A stretch of DNA of 62,884 nucleotides, the filler included, from Octopus bimaculoides (taxonomy: Eukaryota), in NCBI RefSeq assembly GCF_001194135.2. It is 10 parts of 7 records of this genome, joined end to end, with 100 filler letters (N's around TTAATTAATTAA, not from the genome) between each part and the next. Parts side by side here need not be neighbours in the genome. Positions count along the whole stretch, not along the records: positions 44,108 to 53,874 come from NC_068991.1; positions 53,975 to 57,406 come from NC_069006.1; positions 57,507 to 61,377 come from NC_068984.1; positions 61,478 to 62,884 come from NW_026318987.1; 6 more parts are not named here. One strand, written 5' to 3'. The notes beneath the pieces were generated by a model. That model was not told the origin of the DNA and ran no database searches. It worked only from the letters and a program-made list of their open reading frames with translations. Positions 51,795 to 62,884 of this stretch are shown one piece after another. The translations under genes and the position numbers were made by a program. How positions within the stretch are numbered: position 1 is the first letter of the stretch; the number at the start of each line of letters is the position of its first letter.

Positions 51795-52052
51795 TGTATG
51801 TATTTGTGTGTATGTGTGTGTGTGTGTGTGTGTGTTCATACGCACACTCATATATGTGTAGCACCACTTACACAGATATACACACATGTCTGAGAAGTAA
51901 GTTACAGCTTTTACTAAAATATTATATTACATTATTTTTCGTACAGACCACATTTTTCTCGTGTTTGTACGCACTAACACGTATGTATTTATTTACACAC
52001 ACACACACACACACACAGAATCACACACACGTACACACACAATTTTCTCCTT

Positions 52053-52089
<37 letters not shown>

Positions 52090-53288
52090 AACACATTTTA
52101 TAATTTACTAAATATTACTCTGTTTAATCTACGCTTTTATGAAAATTAATTTTCGCTGTAATATTTATTTGCGTGAGTGTATGCATGCATGNNNNNNNNN
52201 NNNNNNNNNNNNNNNNNNNNNNNNNNNNNNNNNNNNNNNNNNNNNNNNNNNNNNNNNNNNNNNNNNNNNNNNNNNNNNNNNNNNNNNNNNNNNNNNNNNN
52301 NNNNNNNNNNNNNNNNNNNNNNNNNNNNNNNNNNNNNNNNNNNNNNNNNNNNNNNNNNNNNNNNNNNNNNNNNNNNNNNNNNNNNNNNNNNNNNNNNNNN
52401 NNNNNNNNNNNNNNNNNNNNNNNNNNNNNNNNNNNNNNNNNNNNNNNNNNNNNNNNNNNNNNNNNNNNNNNNNNNNNNNNNNNNNNNNNNNNNNNNNNNN
52501 NNNNNNNNNNNNNNNNNNNNNNNNNNNNNNNNNNNNNNNNNNNNNNNNNNNNNNNNNNNNNNNNNNNNNNNNNNNNNNNNNNNNNNNNNNNNNNNNNNNN
52601 NNNNNNNNNNNNNNNNNNNNNNNNNNNNNNNNNNNNNNNNNNNNNNNNNNNNNNNNNNNNNNNNNNNNNNNNNNNNNNNNNNNNNNNNNNNNNNNNNNNN
52701 NNNNNNNNNNNNNNNNNNNNNNNNNNNNNNNNNNNNNNNNNNNNNNNNNNNNNNNNNNNNNNNNNNNNNNNNNNNNNNNNNNNNNNNNNNNNNNNNNNNN
52801 NNNNNNNNNNNNNNNNNNNNNNNNNNNNNNNNNNNNNNNNNNNNNNNNNNNNNNNNNNNNNNNNNNNNNNNNNNNNNNNNNNNNNNNNNNNNNNNNNNNN
52901 NNNNNNNNNNNNNNNNNNNNNNNNNNNNNNNNNNNNNNNNNNNNNNNNNNNNNNNNNNNNNNNNNNNNNNNNNNNNNNNNNNNNNNNNNNNNNNNNNNNN
53001 NNNNNNNNNNNNNNNNNNNNNNNNNNNNNNNNNNNNNNNNNNNNNNNNNNNNNNNNNNNNNNNNNNNNNNNNNNNNNNNNNNNNNNNNNNNNNNNNNNNN
53101 NNNNNNNNNNNNNNNNNNNNNNNNNNNNNNNNNNNNNNNNNNNNNNNNNNNNNACCGATTTCATCACTCAATAAACTCCAGCTTTGTCACAAGTATTTAC
53201 TCACAATCAACTTTTATTTCCTGTCTTACAAGTGTTCAATGTGGCCACCACATACAGCACGGGCAACATCAATAAAATAAGAGAATTC

Positions 53289-53520
53289 GGTGAGCTGGCA
53301 GAAACGTTAGCACGCCGGGCGAAATGCTTAGCGGTATTTCGTCTGCCGTTACGATCTGAGTTCAAATCTCGCCGAGGTCGACTTTGCCTTTCATCCTTCC
53401 GGGATCGATAAATTAAATACCAGTTACGCACTGGGGTCGATGTAATCGACTTAATCCGTTTGTCTGTCCTTGTTTGTCCCCTCTATGTTCAGCCCCTTGT
53501 GGGCAATAAAGAAATAAGAA
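53289..53520 (+). mobile_element. SINE family B, full length, little diverged
   Basis: GGTGAGCTGGCAGAAACGTTAGCACGCCGGGCG...GAGTTCAAATC...CCCCTTGTGGGCAATAAAGAAATAAGAA. Confidence 0.92.
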
Positions 53521-53717
53521 TTCCTCCCAGACGCTTATCAGCATATCAAAAACAAGCTCATTATAGAACTGAAGAATAAATTTGCTTTTGTTGAGGCGAT
53601 TCCAGAAGACATTGATATAGAAGGGAAATGGAAAAGCATCGATAAAGCACTCAACCAGACAGCCAAAGAAGTACTCAGTGGCTCGTAATATACTGATTCG
53701 CGTCTGGGAGGAATTCT
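53517..53717 (+). mobile_element. RTE linker fragment bracketed by a perfect 18-bp inverted repeat
   Basis: AGAATTCCTCCCAGACGC (53517-34) and GCGTCTGGGAGGAATTCT (53700-17); inside, ELKNKFAFVE..IDIEGKWKSIDKALNQTAKEVL. Confidence 0.75.
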
Positions 53718-53734
53718 CTAATCGCATTGATGTT

Positions 53735-53835
53735 ACAAAGAATAAGTCCTGGGGTCGATTTGCTTGACTAAAGGCGGTGTTTCAGCATGGCCGCAGCCAA
53801 ATGGCTGAAACAAATAAAATAATAAAATAATAAAA

Positions 53836-53838
<3 letters not shown>
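53735..53838 (+). mobile_element. SINE family A 3' tail
   Basis: TTACAAAGAATAAGTCCTGGGGTCGATTTGCTTGACTAAAGGCGGTG. Confidence 0.88.
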
Positions 53839-53874
<36 letters not shown>

Positions 53875-53974
53875 NNNNNNNNNNNNNNNNNNNNNNNNNN
53901 NNNNNNNNNNNNNNNNNNTTAATTAATTAANNNNNNNNNNNNNNNNNNNNNNNNNNNNNNNNNNNNNNNNNNNN

Positions 53975-54200
53975 GAAACACTGCAGACTGCAGCGTTCGT
54001 TTCACAAAAATTTTCATGGCTACAAGACGCCATCGTCTCAAAAAAAAATGGCTAGAAAGCCGAGATTGGTTTTTATATCCTGGAAATGTGCCACACAGGG
54101 CAGATTTCCGTCGCAAAAAACTTGCACCAGAGAGTCTACAAGTTGTTATACAACTTTGTATATAAAATAAATTTTACAAACAAACTTTTTAAAACATGAA
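53975..54200 (+). mobile_element. Mariner DDD-domain relic
   Basis: RDWFLYPGNVPHRA resembles W.L.HDNAP.H.A. Confidence 0.45.
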
Positions 54201-54245
54201 AAAGGCAAAACTTACAGAGCCGACACGTCTACCGTCCGTCCATAG

Positions 54246-54277
<32 letters not shown>

Positions 54278-54649
54278 GGATGGATAGATGAATAATCGCA
54301 AAAACTGGTGCATCAAACACCATACAACATAAATTCTTGATTTACTGAAATTGTCTCCGACTCTAAAGGATGTAACGTAATGTAAAAAAAAATGGCAATT
54401 AATGCCAGCTCCAAGAGATAACAACGAACATGTTTAGGCATTGCTCTAACCTTATCTGCAGATCATAGCTTCACTGCACTTGTTATGTCAGTGTGAAAGA
54501 GTAACACAGTAAATGTGTAAGATTTCATATTTACTTGCATAAGGAATAAGTTGGCAACTGAAACACAAATTTATAAGCCTATCATATATCGATGTATGAA
54601 GATGGTGTTTGGGGCATAGGTTCACAAAAGTCTAAAGCAGAAAAGAAAA

Positions 54650-54673
54650 AGTAGTAGTAGTAGTAGTAGTAGC

Positions 54674-54734
<61 letters not shown>

Positions 54735-54735
54735 T
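54650..54735. repeat. (TAG)n microsatellite
   Basis: Direct run. Confidence 0.97.
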
Positions 54736-54861
54736 CATGCATGTATGATGTTTTCATTTAGATCGTATAAACGAGAAATTTGTATTATAGAAACGAGTCA
54801 TGTTCTGCGGGTTGAACTCAAAACGATATCTAAGATATCTAATAAAGTGACAAAAACTTAC

Positions 54862-54962
54862 TTGTCTTTCAGAATCACCCATGATTCCCTGCATAGATTG
54901 TAACAAGCCACTGAAGCCAGTTTTCAAATTAAAAAACTGTTCCATCACCTCCATGATTGATG
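54862..54962 (-). CDS. Internal exon (101 nt, phase 1 to 0) of a MIB2-like gene: linker before the ankyrin repeats
   Basis: Acceptor TTAACATTCGTTTTATGGCAG, donor CAA|GTAAGT; (T)SIMEVMEQFFNLKTGFSGLLQSMQGIMGDSERQ, in frame with the upstream exon. Confidence 0.68.
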
Positions 54963-56948
54963 CTGCCATAAAACGAATGTTAATAAAACATTCAATAAAA
55001 AGAAGTGTTCCTTCATATTTACAGCAAAATCGCTAGAAAAATATTAAAAGGCAAGCAAAAGGTTTTTAAATTAATATAGAAAAGGAAAATGCTACAGAAT
55101 GATTTTGTCGTTTTTGCTGTTGTTCGTCTTCAGTCCTAGCCAAAACTAATTGGGAAAAAATCCGATCAAAAAGGTTGCTACTAAGATAATCTCATTTCTT
55201 ATATATCAAATGTGTCCTTCGTTTTCATGAATGCAGAGTTTAATTTAAAAGTGATTTACTTGCTATTTTCTGAAGATAGTCCACCACACAATAACCAGTG
55301 ATTCCGACCATCTTGGATATTTAGTCCCAGGTCAATCCTAGTTAAGCTAAAGAAGCAGGAGCCCTACGATCAACGACGGTCTATCCGCATTATTCAACCA
55401 GGTTTCATTTTCAATAAGTGTGGATCTGGGCCGACTTTATCCAATCTATTCTTTACGAAAGTGTAGTGTTATTTGAGGAGATCCAGCTATTATGTCTAGT
55501 AGGCTGAATGAATATGTACAGGGCATATGTGGAAAGTCTTTGTACTAAAAGTGAAATCCATCATAATTCCTCGAGGAATGCTTGGTAGAGTTTGTTGTTT
55601 TTACTTCTGTAGCTTGAACCCTGACTTACCCAATCATTCACGGGTTTTCTTTGAGCATTTTATTTCTAGGCCACGCACCTTCATAAATAAATAGAGAAGC
55701 AAGATTTAAGGATCTTATATATCTCTGAGAAGGTAGAAGAGTTCCTAAAGAATCAACGGCACCCGTATCCTGTAAAGTAGACGGGTACAATCACAATTAC
55801 CAAACATGAAGAAAGGTTTTAATAGAAGTTACACCAATATTTAATTCTATACCATACTTCTGAAGTGTTCAAAGAAAATGCAAGAGTGAGTAGGGTTGAA
55901 AAGATTGGGAAAACAATCAATAAAGCCCCACACATTACGGCTTTTTTTACTACAACTGTAAAAGTTCTCCCCGAGTTGACATCTCTGGTCTCAGAAGCAT
56001 GTACGAAAAAGACCCGGGTAATTAACTTAATACTCGCAACTTTTATCCGCCGATCAAGAAAATCTATTGCAGGACAGCGCATTCCTATTCACTCTCGCCT
56101 TCCTCTTCAATTTCGACTTGGATTAACTTGACGGAAAAATAACAGTCATCAATAATAGTTTCCACTCCAGTTTTGTTCACAATCACTAGGTAGATGGAAG
56201 ATCTCTGCTCTTTCCTACCAAATTAAAGACGTTCTTCATATGGCTTCATTTATTTGATAAACACTATAATCTACAGTCAACACCCTGTTATTTAGTACTC
56301 AAATAACCGGAACTCTTAAGCAATCAGTACTTAGACAAGGGTAAAATAAACCTTGTTAATTAGGATCAATATGTACTAATTAAAAGGTTTCTATTGTGTC
56401 TAAAATGTTTCGCCGCTTCCCAAAATATTGTAAAGTATTTTGTTACTGCACTTTGAGTACCTGTATTTTATTAGTTCAATAGAACTTATTAATTATTTAA
56501 GTTATACTGTAAGTTCTTCCACTTTCTCACATTTCTACAGTATTCAGAAAATCAATGATACGGAAGTATATAGAAGGTTTTAATGAATGTTTAAAGCACT
56601 ATGGTAATTTAAAAAGTGGTGATCAGATATCTGGAAAATTCAGTTATCGTCTGGTCCCGATGATGCCGGATAGGAGGGAATTTATTATTGATGTATTTAG
56701 ACACAGAATGAATACGTGGTAATATCATCATGTTGCTCCACGTGCAGCTCAGACGGGACGATGAGATAGCACTCCAGTAACTTATAATAATTTCCAACGT
56801 AAGTTATCTTTCAAAATTGTGTAATCACAGAATTTTCAGACATATAAAAGTATTAAATCAATATAAATACAGAACTTTACATGATGTACCCCCATCTATA
56901 TATCAATTAAACGTGTGAAGAAAAACGAATAAAAACAGTTAAACTCAC

Positions 56949-57093
56949 TAGCATCATCTTCTTCCCCAACTTTCATACTTTGGGGTACCTTTGTGCAGCA
57001 CAGGGGATTGAATAAAAATATTTTACCAGACACCGACACAAACAAATCACCGTCTGGGAATGCAATTTTTACGCTACCAATTTTACCCAATAC
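56949..57093 (-). CDS. Internal exon (145 nt, phase 0 to 1) encoding a Mind bomb SH3-like repeat (SH3_15/REP); MIB2-like E3 ligase
   Basis: Acceptor TTCTTTGTATCTTTGTAG, donor CTA|GTGAGT; VLGKIGSVKIAFPDGDLFVSVSGKIFLFNPLCCTKV fits the MIB REP pattern LG..G.V.....DGDL.V.V.G....F.P. Confidence 0.8.
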
Positions 57094-57506
57094 CTACAAA
57101 GATACAAAGAACTTGCTAAACGAAGTCAAATTGTAAGTTTAATCCATGTCATATGAATAGCCAGAAAAAAACATTAAAAGGAAACAAATTAACGATGTAA
57201 ATATCTATTTTTAATGATTCAAGAGATAATGTTTGTGTCCATGACCTTAACAAACCTACAATTAATTTTCCACCGAAACTCCGTGTATTTCATTACATTT
57301 TTGCTCTGCGTCTAACAATCATCATTATCGATATTTTTTGACAAACTTTGCAGACAGGAAACATTTGATATGTATGAATGTGTGTGTGTGTATATATATA
57401 TATATANNNNNNNNNNNNNNNNNNNNNNNNNNNNNNNNNNNNNNNNNNNNTTAATTAATTAANNNNNNNNNNNNNNNNNNNNNNNNNNNNNNNNNNNNNN
57501 NNNNNN

Positions 57507-57870
57507 GGTGGTCGAGTCGGTACCTGTCAGACAACTGGAAGCGTCTGAGCAGGTCTCTGAGGCCTTTGCATCCCCTTCTAGTTTTGTCACTCCCCACGTA
57601 GTCTAGATGCGTGTCCAAGGTAGCATTCCAATCCCCCACTAAAAGTAAGGGACGAGACGTTCCCAGGAATACTTCTAGACGTCGAAAGAAGTCCGACCGA
57701 CCTGTTAAAGGAGGCACATAAACTGCCAGCAGCCGAAAAGTACCTCCATCGCTGCCGTCCACATCTAGGACAACCAGTCTACCCTCCGGGTCCGTAAATA
57801 TCGTCTTTACTTGGAGATCCAGACTCTTGCGAAAAAGAACTGCCGTGCCACTACCGCCCATCCTCGGTAT
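57507..57870 (-). mobile_element. L1/Tx1 apurinic-like endonuclease fragment, open frame
   Basis: GTAVLFRK..DPEGRLVVLDV..FRLLAVYVP..LLLVGDWNATLD..LSDRYRLDH. Confidence 0.9.
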
Positions 57871-57909
57871 ACTTAAAAGTTACCCTCTCGAGTCATAACT
57901 ACTCATAAG

Positions 57910-58121
57910 GGCTAGTTTCTCGGTTTCATGGTGTATATATTCCTCACCTGGACAGGGCGCCGATCTTTCGCAGGGTTACTCATTTTTGCCAGTTGAGTGC
58001 ACTGGAGCAACGTGAGATGAAGGGTTTTGCTCAAGAACACAAGGCGTCGCCCAGTCCAGGAATCGAAACCACAGTCTTACGATCAGCAGTCCAACACCCT
58101 AACTACTATGTCACACGCCTC
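57910..58121 (-). mobile_element. SINE family C
   Basis: TTACTCATTTTTGCCAG..GGAGCAACGTG..GCTCAAGAACAC..CCAGGAATCGAAACCAC, shared with the 14931 copy. Confidence 0.88.
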
Positions 58122-58642
58122 TTTGGTGGAGTCCTAGGAGGTGCTGTCGAGAGATACAGTGTGTCATTGCATTTTGAGATCCTCTTCAGCTCTGACCACA
58201 GTTGATTTCTTTAACATACAAAGTCGCGTAAACAGGATTTAAAAAAAAAAAAGAGTAANNNNNNNNNNNNNNNNNNNNNNNNNNNNNNNNNNNNNNNNNN
58301 NNNNNNNNNNNNNNNNNNNNNNNNNNNNNNNNNNNNNNNNNNNNNNNNNNNNNNNNNNTATATTGTGGAAGTCTAAAGGGACCTTCGACAGAACGTAAAA
58401 TAATTCTGCTTTGGAATAGTATTACTCGAAGCACACACACGTAAATCTATAAGCAATACCATGTGAATATTGGGCTGAAAAGCCCTTTTGGATAGAAAAC
58501 GTGGAATCTTTTTACCCACTATTTATATGATATTGGTTATAGTTTTTTTTATGTTCGTGTGCTTCGAGGTATACTATTTTAAAAGAAGTATGTACATACA
58601 CATGCTCTCTCTCACCCACACACACACACGCACAAAAAAGAA

Positions 58643-58673
<31 letters not shown>

Positions 58674-59169
58674 TTATTCATCCACTAAATAGTGTATTTG
58701 ATAGCAAAAATTTGCAATAGTGTATACTCTGTGTAAGCAATGCAGGTTTCAGGTTGTTCCATGTGTAACTGAATGTGTACAATCTCTTCGTAGGTAGAGA
58801 AAGGAGTATAGGGGTCACCAGTTTTGATCTTAATTGGAATACTTATTCAGGCGTCCGGTACCCACCAATGCTGTGTTCAAGGGGAAATGGTATCTGTAGT
58901 CACTGCAATTAAGCTGTTCACTAACCAGGAAAATTCGATTAGCGTAAATATCGCGCTGGCGATAGCTAGGTCACTTAATTATTGATGTAGTAAGTATTAG
59001 GTTTTCGACAATGTAATTGTATGATGCAGTATAATCTGTGTTTGTAGCATAAGTTTTAGCATACATGTAAATACGCATGTGTGTGTGCGTGTGTGTGTGT
59101 GTGTGTGCGTGTGTGTGTGTGTGTGTACTCACATACATATATTAGAATCACTAATTTCAATTTATATGT

Positions 59170-59810
59170 TAAATGACTTTGGTCTGTGGCTAATGAAAGC
59201 AAATTTGATATCAGCATGGGGGCAAGCGATTCGGCAGAGATCAGTGACCTGGTCGGACTACACCTCTTACACAACATCAGAGATACTTTCCCAAATGTCA
59301 AGGAAGTTTGCACCGTTATGACAACCTCCTTGCTATCAACAACTGCAATCGTTAACACATAGATTCTGTAAGAACCTTCACAGCTTTTTCAACAAACTAG
59401 ATCTCCAATTCTATATAGAACTCAGCCTAATAAAAGTCAACTTCTTCGACGTAACACTTGATCTATCTAAATATTTCTATTACCTCTGCTATGAACCAAA
59501 CAAAATTTTTAATTACATCAATATTCCCTCATATCACCCTAGTAGGATAATCAACAACCTTATTCCTAACATATCTCGAAAACTTTTCTGCCTTTCGGTA
59601 TTCAGATAAACCTTTACAGTAGGTGTGCTATATTTTAGCGATGTCCTCCACAGAAGTAGTTACAATGACAAAATTACATTTATGGAAGACACGACATATA
59701 CAACAGAAAAGGAAACATTACTTGGTTCACATCTCCATATAACATAAATGTCACTACCCCTGTAGAGAAAACCTTGTTGAACCGACTAAGAAACCCTTTC
59801 TCCCCCAATC
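59170..59810 (+). mobile_element. Penelope-like element RT/thumb fragment, decayed
   Basis: FDISMGASDSAEISDLVGLHLL; LHRYDNLLAI (YRDDGL-like); VNFFDVTLDL; YINIPSYHP..I..L.PNISRKL; WFTSPYNINV. Confidence 0.82.
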
Positions 59811-60115
59811 ACTAGTACTACATACACACACGCACACATGTATGCATGTATATATATATATATATATATATNNNNNNNNNNNNNNNNNNNNNNNNNNNNN
59901 NNNNNNNNNNNNNNNNNNNNNNNNNNNNNNNNNNNNNNNNNNNNNNNNNNNNNNNNNNNNNNNNNNNNNNNNNNNNNNNNNNNNNNNNNNNNNNNNNNNN
60001 NNNNNNNNNNNNNNNNNNNNNNNNNNNNNNNNNNNNNNNNNNNNNNNNNNNNNNNNNNNNNNNNNNNNNNNNNNNNNNNNNNNNNNNNNNNNNNNNNNNN
60101 NTGTATGTATGTATA

Positions 60116-61371
60116 CACATGGGTTGGGACAAAATTGTGGAAACACCTTAAAATTTCAAACAAATTAATTTTAATATGGGGTAGGACCGCCTTTGGCAGT
60201 AATTACACCTTGAATTCTATGAGGTATGGACTCTTACAAAGTTTGAATTGTTTCCAAAGGAAATTTTGTCCATTCTTCATCTAAAACAGTCTCCAGTTTT
60301 TGTAGTGATGATGGTGGAAGATTTTCGACTCCTTACTTGTTTTTTTTAAAATGCACCATAAATGTTCAATAATATTGAGATCTGGGGACTTTAGTGGCCA
60401 GATAAGATGTTCAACTTCACTAGAAAGTTCCTCGTGCCATTCAGTAACAACTTTAGCTGTGTCGATTGGTGCATTATCATCCTGAAAGATTGCGTTTCCT
60501 TCCGAAAATAGTTTCGCAACCATAGGATGAATTTGATCCGATAATATGCTTAAATAGTCTTGACTATTAATTCTGCCATGCAGGGAAATCATTGGGGCGG
60601 CGGTTTTCCAAGATATAGCCTCCTAGATCATCACAGATCCTCCTCCATATTTAATAGTTGGAAGAAGGCAGTCTGGATCAAATGCTACTGTTAGCTGTCT
60701 CCACATGTATACTAGGTCGGTGACTGGAAATAAGGTAAAGGATGACTCTTCTGAGAAAATAACATTTTCCCACTGCTCTAGGGATCAATTCTGTAGGTTT
60801 TTACTCCAGTCTAAACATTTTGCAATGTTTGTTTTTGAAAGTAGTTTTCTGATTGCAGCCCTCCCGTGAAATCCGGCAAACAGTTTTTGTGGAAACTGAG
60901 TTCTCGAGGTGCTCATTAAGCTCTGCCGTAATTTTGGGAGTTGTACTTTTGTGATCCTTTCTAACAATTCGCGTAAGAGTCCGACGGTCCCTATCTGAAA
61001 GTGTCGGTTTTCTTCCGGAGTTTTGAGGAGGAGGTTTTCCCCTCTTTCTCAAAGGTTGTCATTACTTTCAAGACAGTACTTCTTGATACACCAAACATTT
61101 CGGCTGTTTTCGTTTTGCTAGCGCCTGCCATACGAACACCAACTATTTGACCTCTTTGAAAGTCTGATAGATCTGTCATTTTAATGAATTTTAATTACCT
61201 TTTTCTGATGATATCTGAAAAAAAGACCCAGAAATTTTAGCAAAACATGTTAAGCAACACTAATAATAAATCAAAAACCATAAAAATAAACAAGCTTTTG
61301 ACGGTTTTATAGATATTTCAAAATCATGATGCTATGATGCTAGGTGTTTCCATTATTTTGTCCAACCCCTG
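60116..61371 (-). mobile_element. Full-length Tc1-like transposon (DD36E spacing), frameshifted transposase ~61179-60190
   Basis: TA-flanked ~35-bp TIRs (GGTTGG.ACAAAAT..TGGAAACACC); MTDLSDFQRGQIVG; FSEESSFTLFP; FQDDNAP-(36 aa between D and E)-SPDLNIIE. Confidence 0.93.
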
Positions 61372-61477
61372 TATATANNNNNNNNNNNNNNNNNNNNNNN
61401 NNNNNNNNNNNNNNNNNNNNNTTAATTAATTAANNNNNNNNNNNNNNNNNNNNNNNNNNNNNNNNNNNNNNNNNNNN

Positions 61478-62884
61478 CGTTCGAATTCCACTCGAACGGT
61501 GCAGAATGAGGACGAATGGACGTACGTACGTTCGAATTAAGCTCGAACGGTGCAGAGGGAGGCCGAATGGACGCATGTACGTTCGAATTGCGCTCGAACG
61601 GTGCAGAGGGTCGCCGAACGGACGCACGTACGTTCGTATTGCGCTCGAACGGTGAGGAGGGATGCCGAAAGGACGCACGTACGTTCGAATTGCTCTCGAA
61701 CGGAGCAGAGGGAGGCTGAACAGATGCACGTACGTTCGAATTGCGCTCGAACGGTGCAGAGGGATGCCGAACGGACGCACGAACGTTCGAATTCAGCTCG
61801 AACGGTGCAGATGGAGGCGGAATGGACGCATGTACGTTCGAATTGCTCTCGAACGGTGCTGAGGGTCGCCGAACGGACGCACGTACGTTCTTATTGCGCT
61901 CGAACGGTCCAGAGAGAAGCCTAACGGACTCACGTACTTTCGAATTCCGCTCGAACGGTGCAGAGAAAAGCTTAACGGACTCACGTACTTTCGAAATCCG
62001 CTCGAACGGTGCAGAGGGAGGCCGAATAGACGCATGTACGTTCGAATTGCGCTCGAACGGTGGAGGGGGACGAACGGACGCACGAACGTTCGAATTCCGC
62101 TCAAACGGTGCAGAGGAAGGCCGAACGGACGCACGAACGTTCGATTTCGACTCGAACGGTGCAGAATGAGGCCGAACGGACGCACGAACGTTCGAATTGC
62201 GCTCGAACGGTGCAGAGGGAGGCCGAAAGGACGCACATACGTTCGAATTCTGATCGAACGGTGCTGAATGATGACGAACGGTGCAGAATCATGACGAACG
62301 GAGGTACGTACGTTCGAATTCAGCTCGAACGGTGCAGAGGGAGCCCGAACGGACGTACGAACGTTTGAATTCGACTCGCACGGTGCAGAATGAGGACGAA
62401 CGTATGCAAGTGCGTTCGAATTCAGCTTCAACGCTGCAGATGGAGGCCGAAGGGACGCATGTACGTTCGAATTGCGCTCGAACGGTGCAGAGGGTCGCCG
62501 AACGGACGCACGTACGTACAAATTGCGCTCGAACGGTGCAGAGAGAAGCCTAACGGACGCAAGTACTTTCGAATTCCGCTCGAACGGTGCAGAGGGAGGC
62601 CGAACGAACGCACGTACCTTCGAATCCCGCTCGAACTCGGCAGAATGAGGACGAACGGACGCACGTACGTTCGAATTATGCCGGAACGGTGCAGAGGGAG
62701 GCCGAAGGGACGCATGTACGTTCGAATTGCGCTCGAACGGTGCAGAATGTCGCCAAACGGACGCACGAACGTTCGAATTCGACTCGAACGGTGCAGAATG
62801 ATGACGAAAGGACGGACGTACGTTCGAATGCCGCTCGAACGGTGCAGAGGGATGCCGAAGGGACGCACGAACGTTCAAATTCCG
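61478..62884. repeat. 51-bp CpG-rich tandem satellite, about 27 units, runs off the window
   Basis: Consensus GTACGTTCGAATTGCGCTCGAACGGTGCAGAGGGAGGCCGAACGGACGCAC; unit starts at 61577, 61628, 61679. Confidence 0.95.

Noticed and set aside
53153-53285. Protein-like minus-strand frame (FIDVARAVCGGHIEHL)
   Set aside because: Multiple stops, truncated by a gap, and cannot be assigned to a family.
55819-56131. Overlapping 87- and 88-aa ORFs, one with a hydrophobic stretch
   Set aside because: Lies between two exons that already splice in frame; no recognisable family and weak splice sites.
61430-62878. Long Arg-rich ORFs and CRISPR-like periodicity
   Set aside because: A 51-bp (17-codon) tandem satellite with no unique spacers and no cas genes.

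Overview
AT-rich eukaryotic draft-genome scaffold. It is almost certainly an octopus (inferred from the SINE families and extreme microsatellite density), with many N gaps and nine artificial 100-bp gap spacers (N44-TTAATTAATTAA-N44). Nearly all long ORFs in the track are microsatellite or N artefacts. The only supportable host gene is two phase-compatible minus-strand exons (57093-56949, 54962-54862) of a Mind bomb (MIB2-like) protein; its ankyrin exons were not found. The rest is transposon debris: R4/Dong-like, RTE, CR1, L1/Tx1 and Penelope retroelements, a Gypsy LTR with gag, Tc1/mariner elements (one with a DD36E triad), a Helitron-type end, three tRNA-derived SINE families and a CpG-rich 51-bp satellite. 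Most interesting: (1) an intact type I hammerhead ribozyme inside a ~430-bp unit with terminal direct repeats (retrozyme or Penelope-LTR-like, 17021-17544); (2) a 1961-bp gag/ORF1-only element that duplicated the start of a mariner ORF and carries TATA, a 14-bp terminal repeat and AATAAA in an LTR-transcript-like geometry (17992-19952); (3) further hammerhead-like cores in inverted pairs; (4) an RTE fragment bracketed by a perfect 18-bp inverted repeat. All calls are from manual reading; no searches were run.
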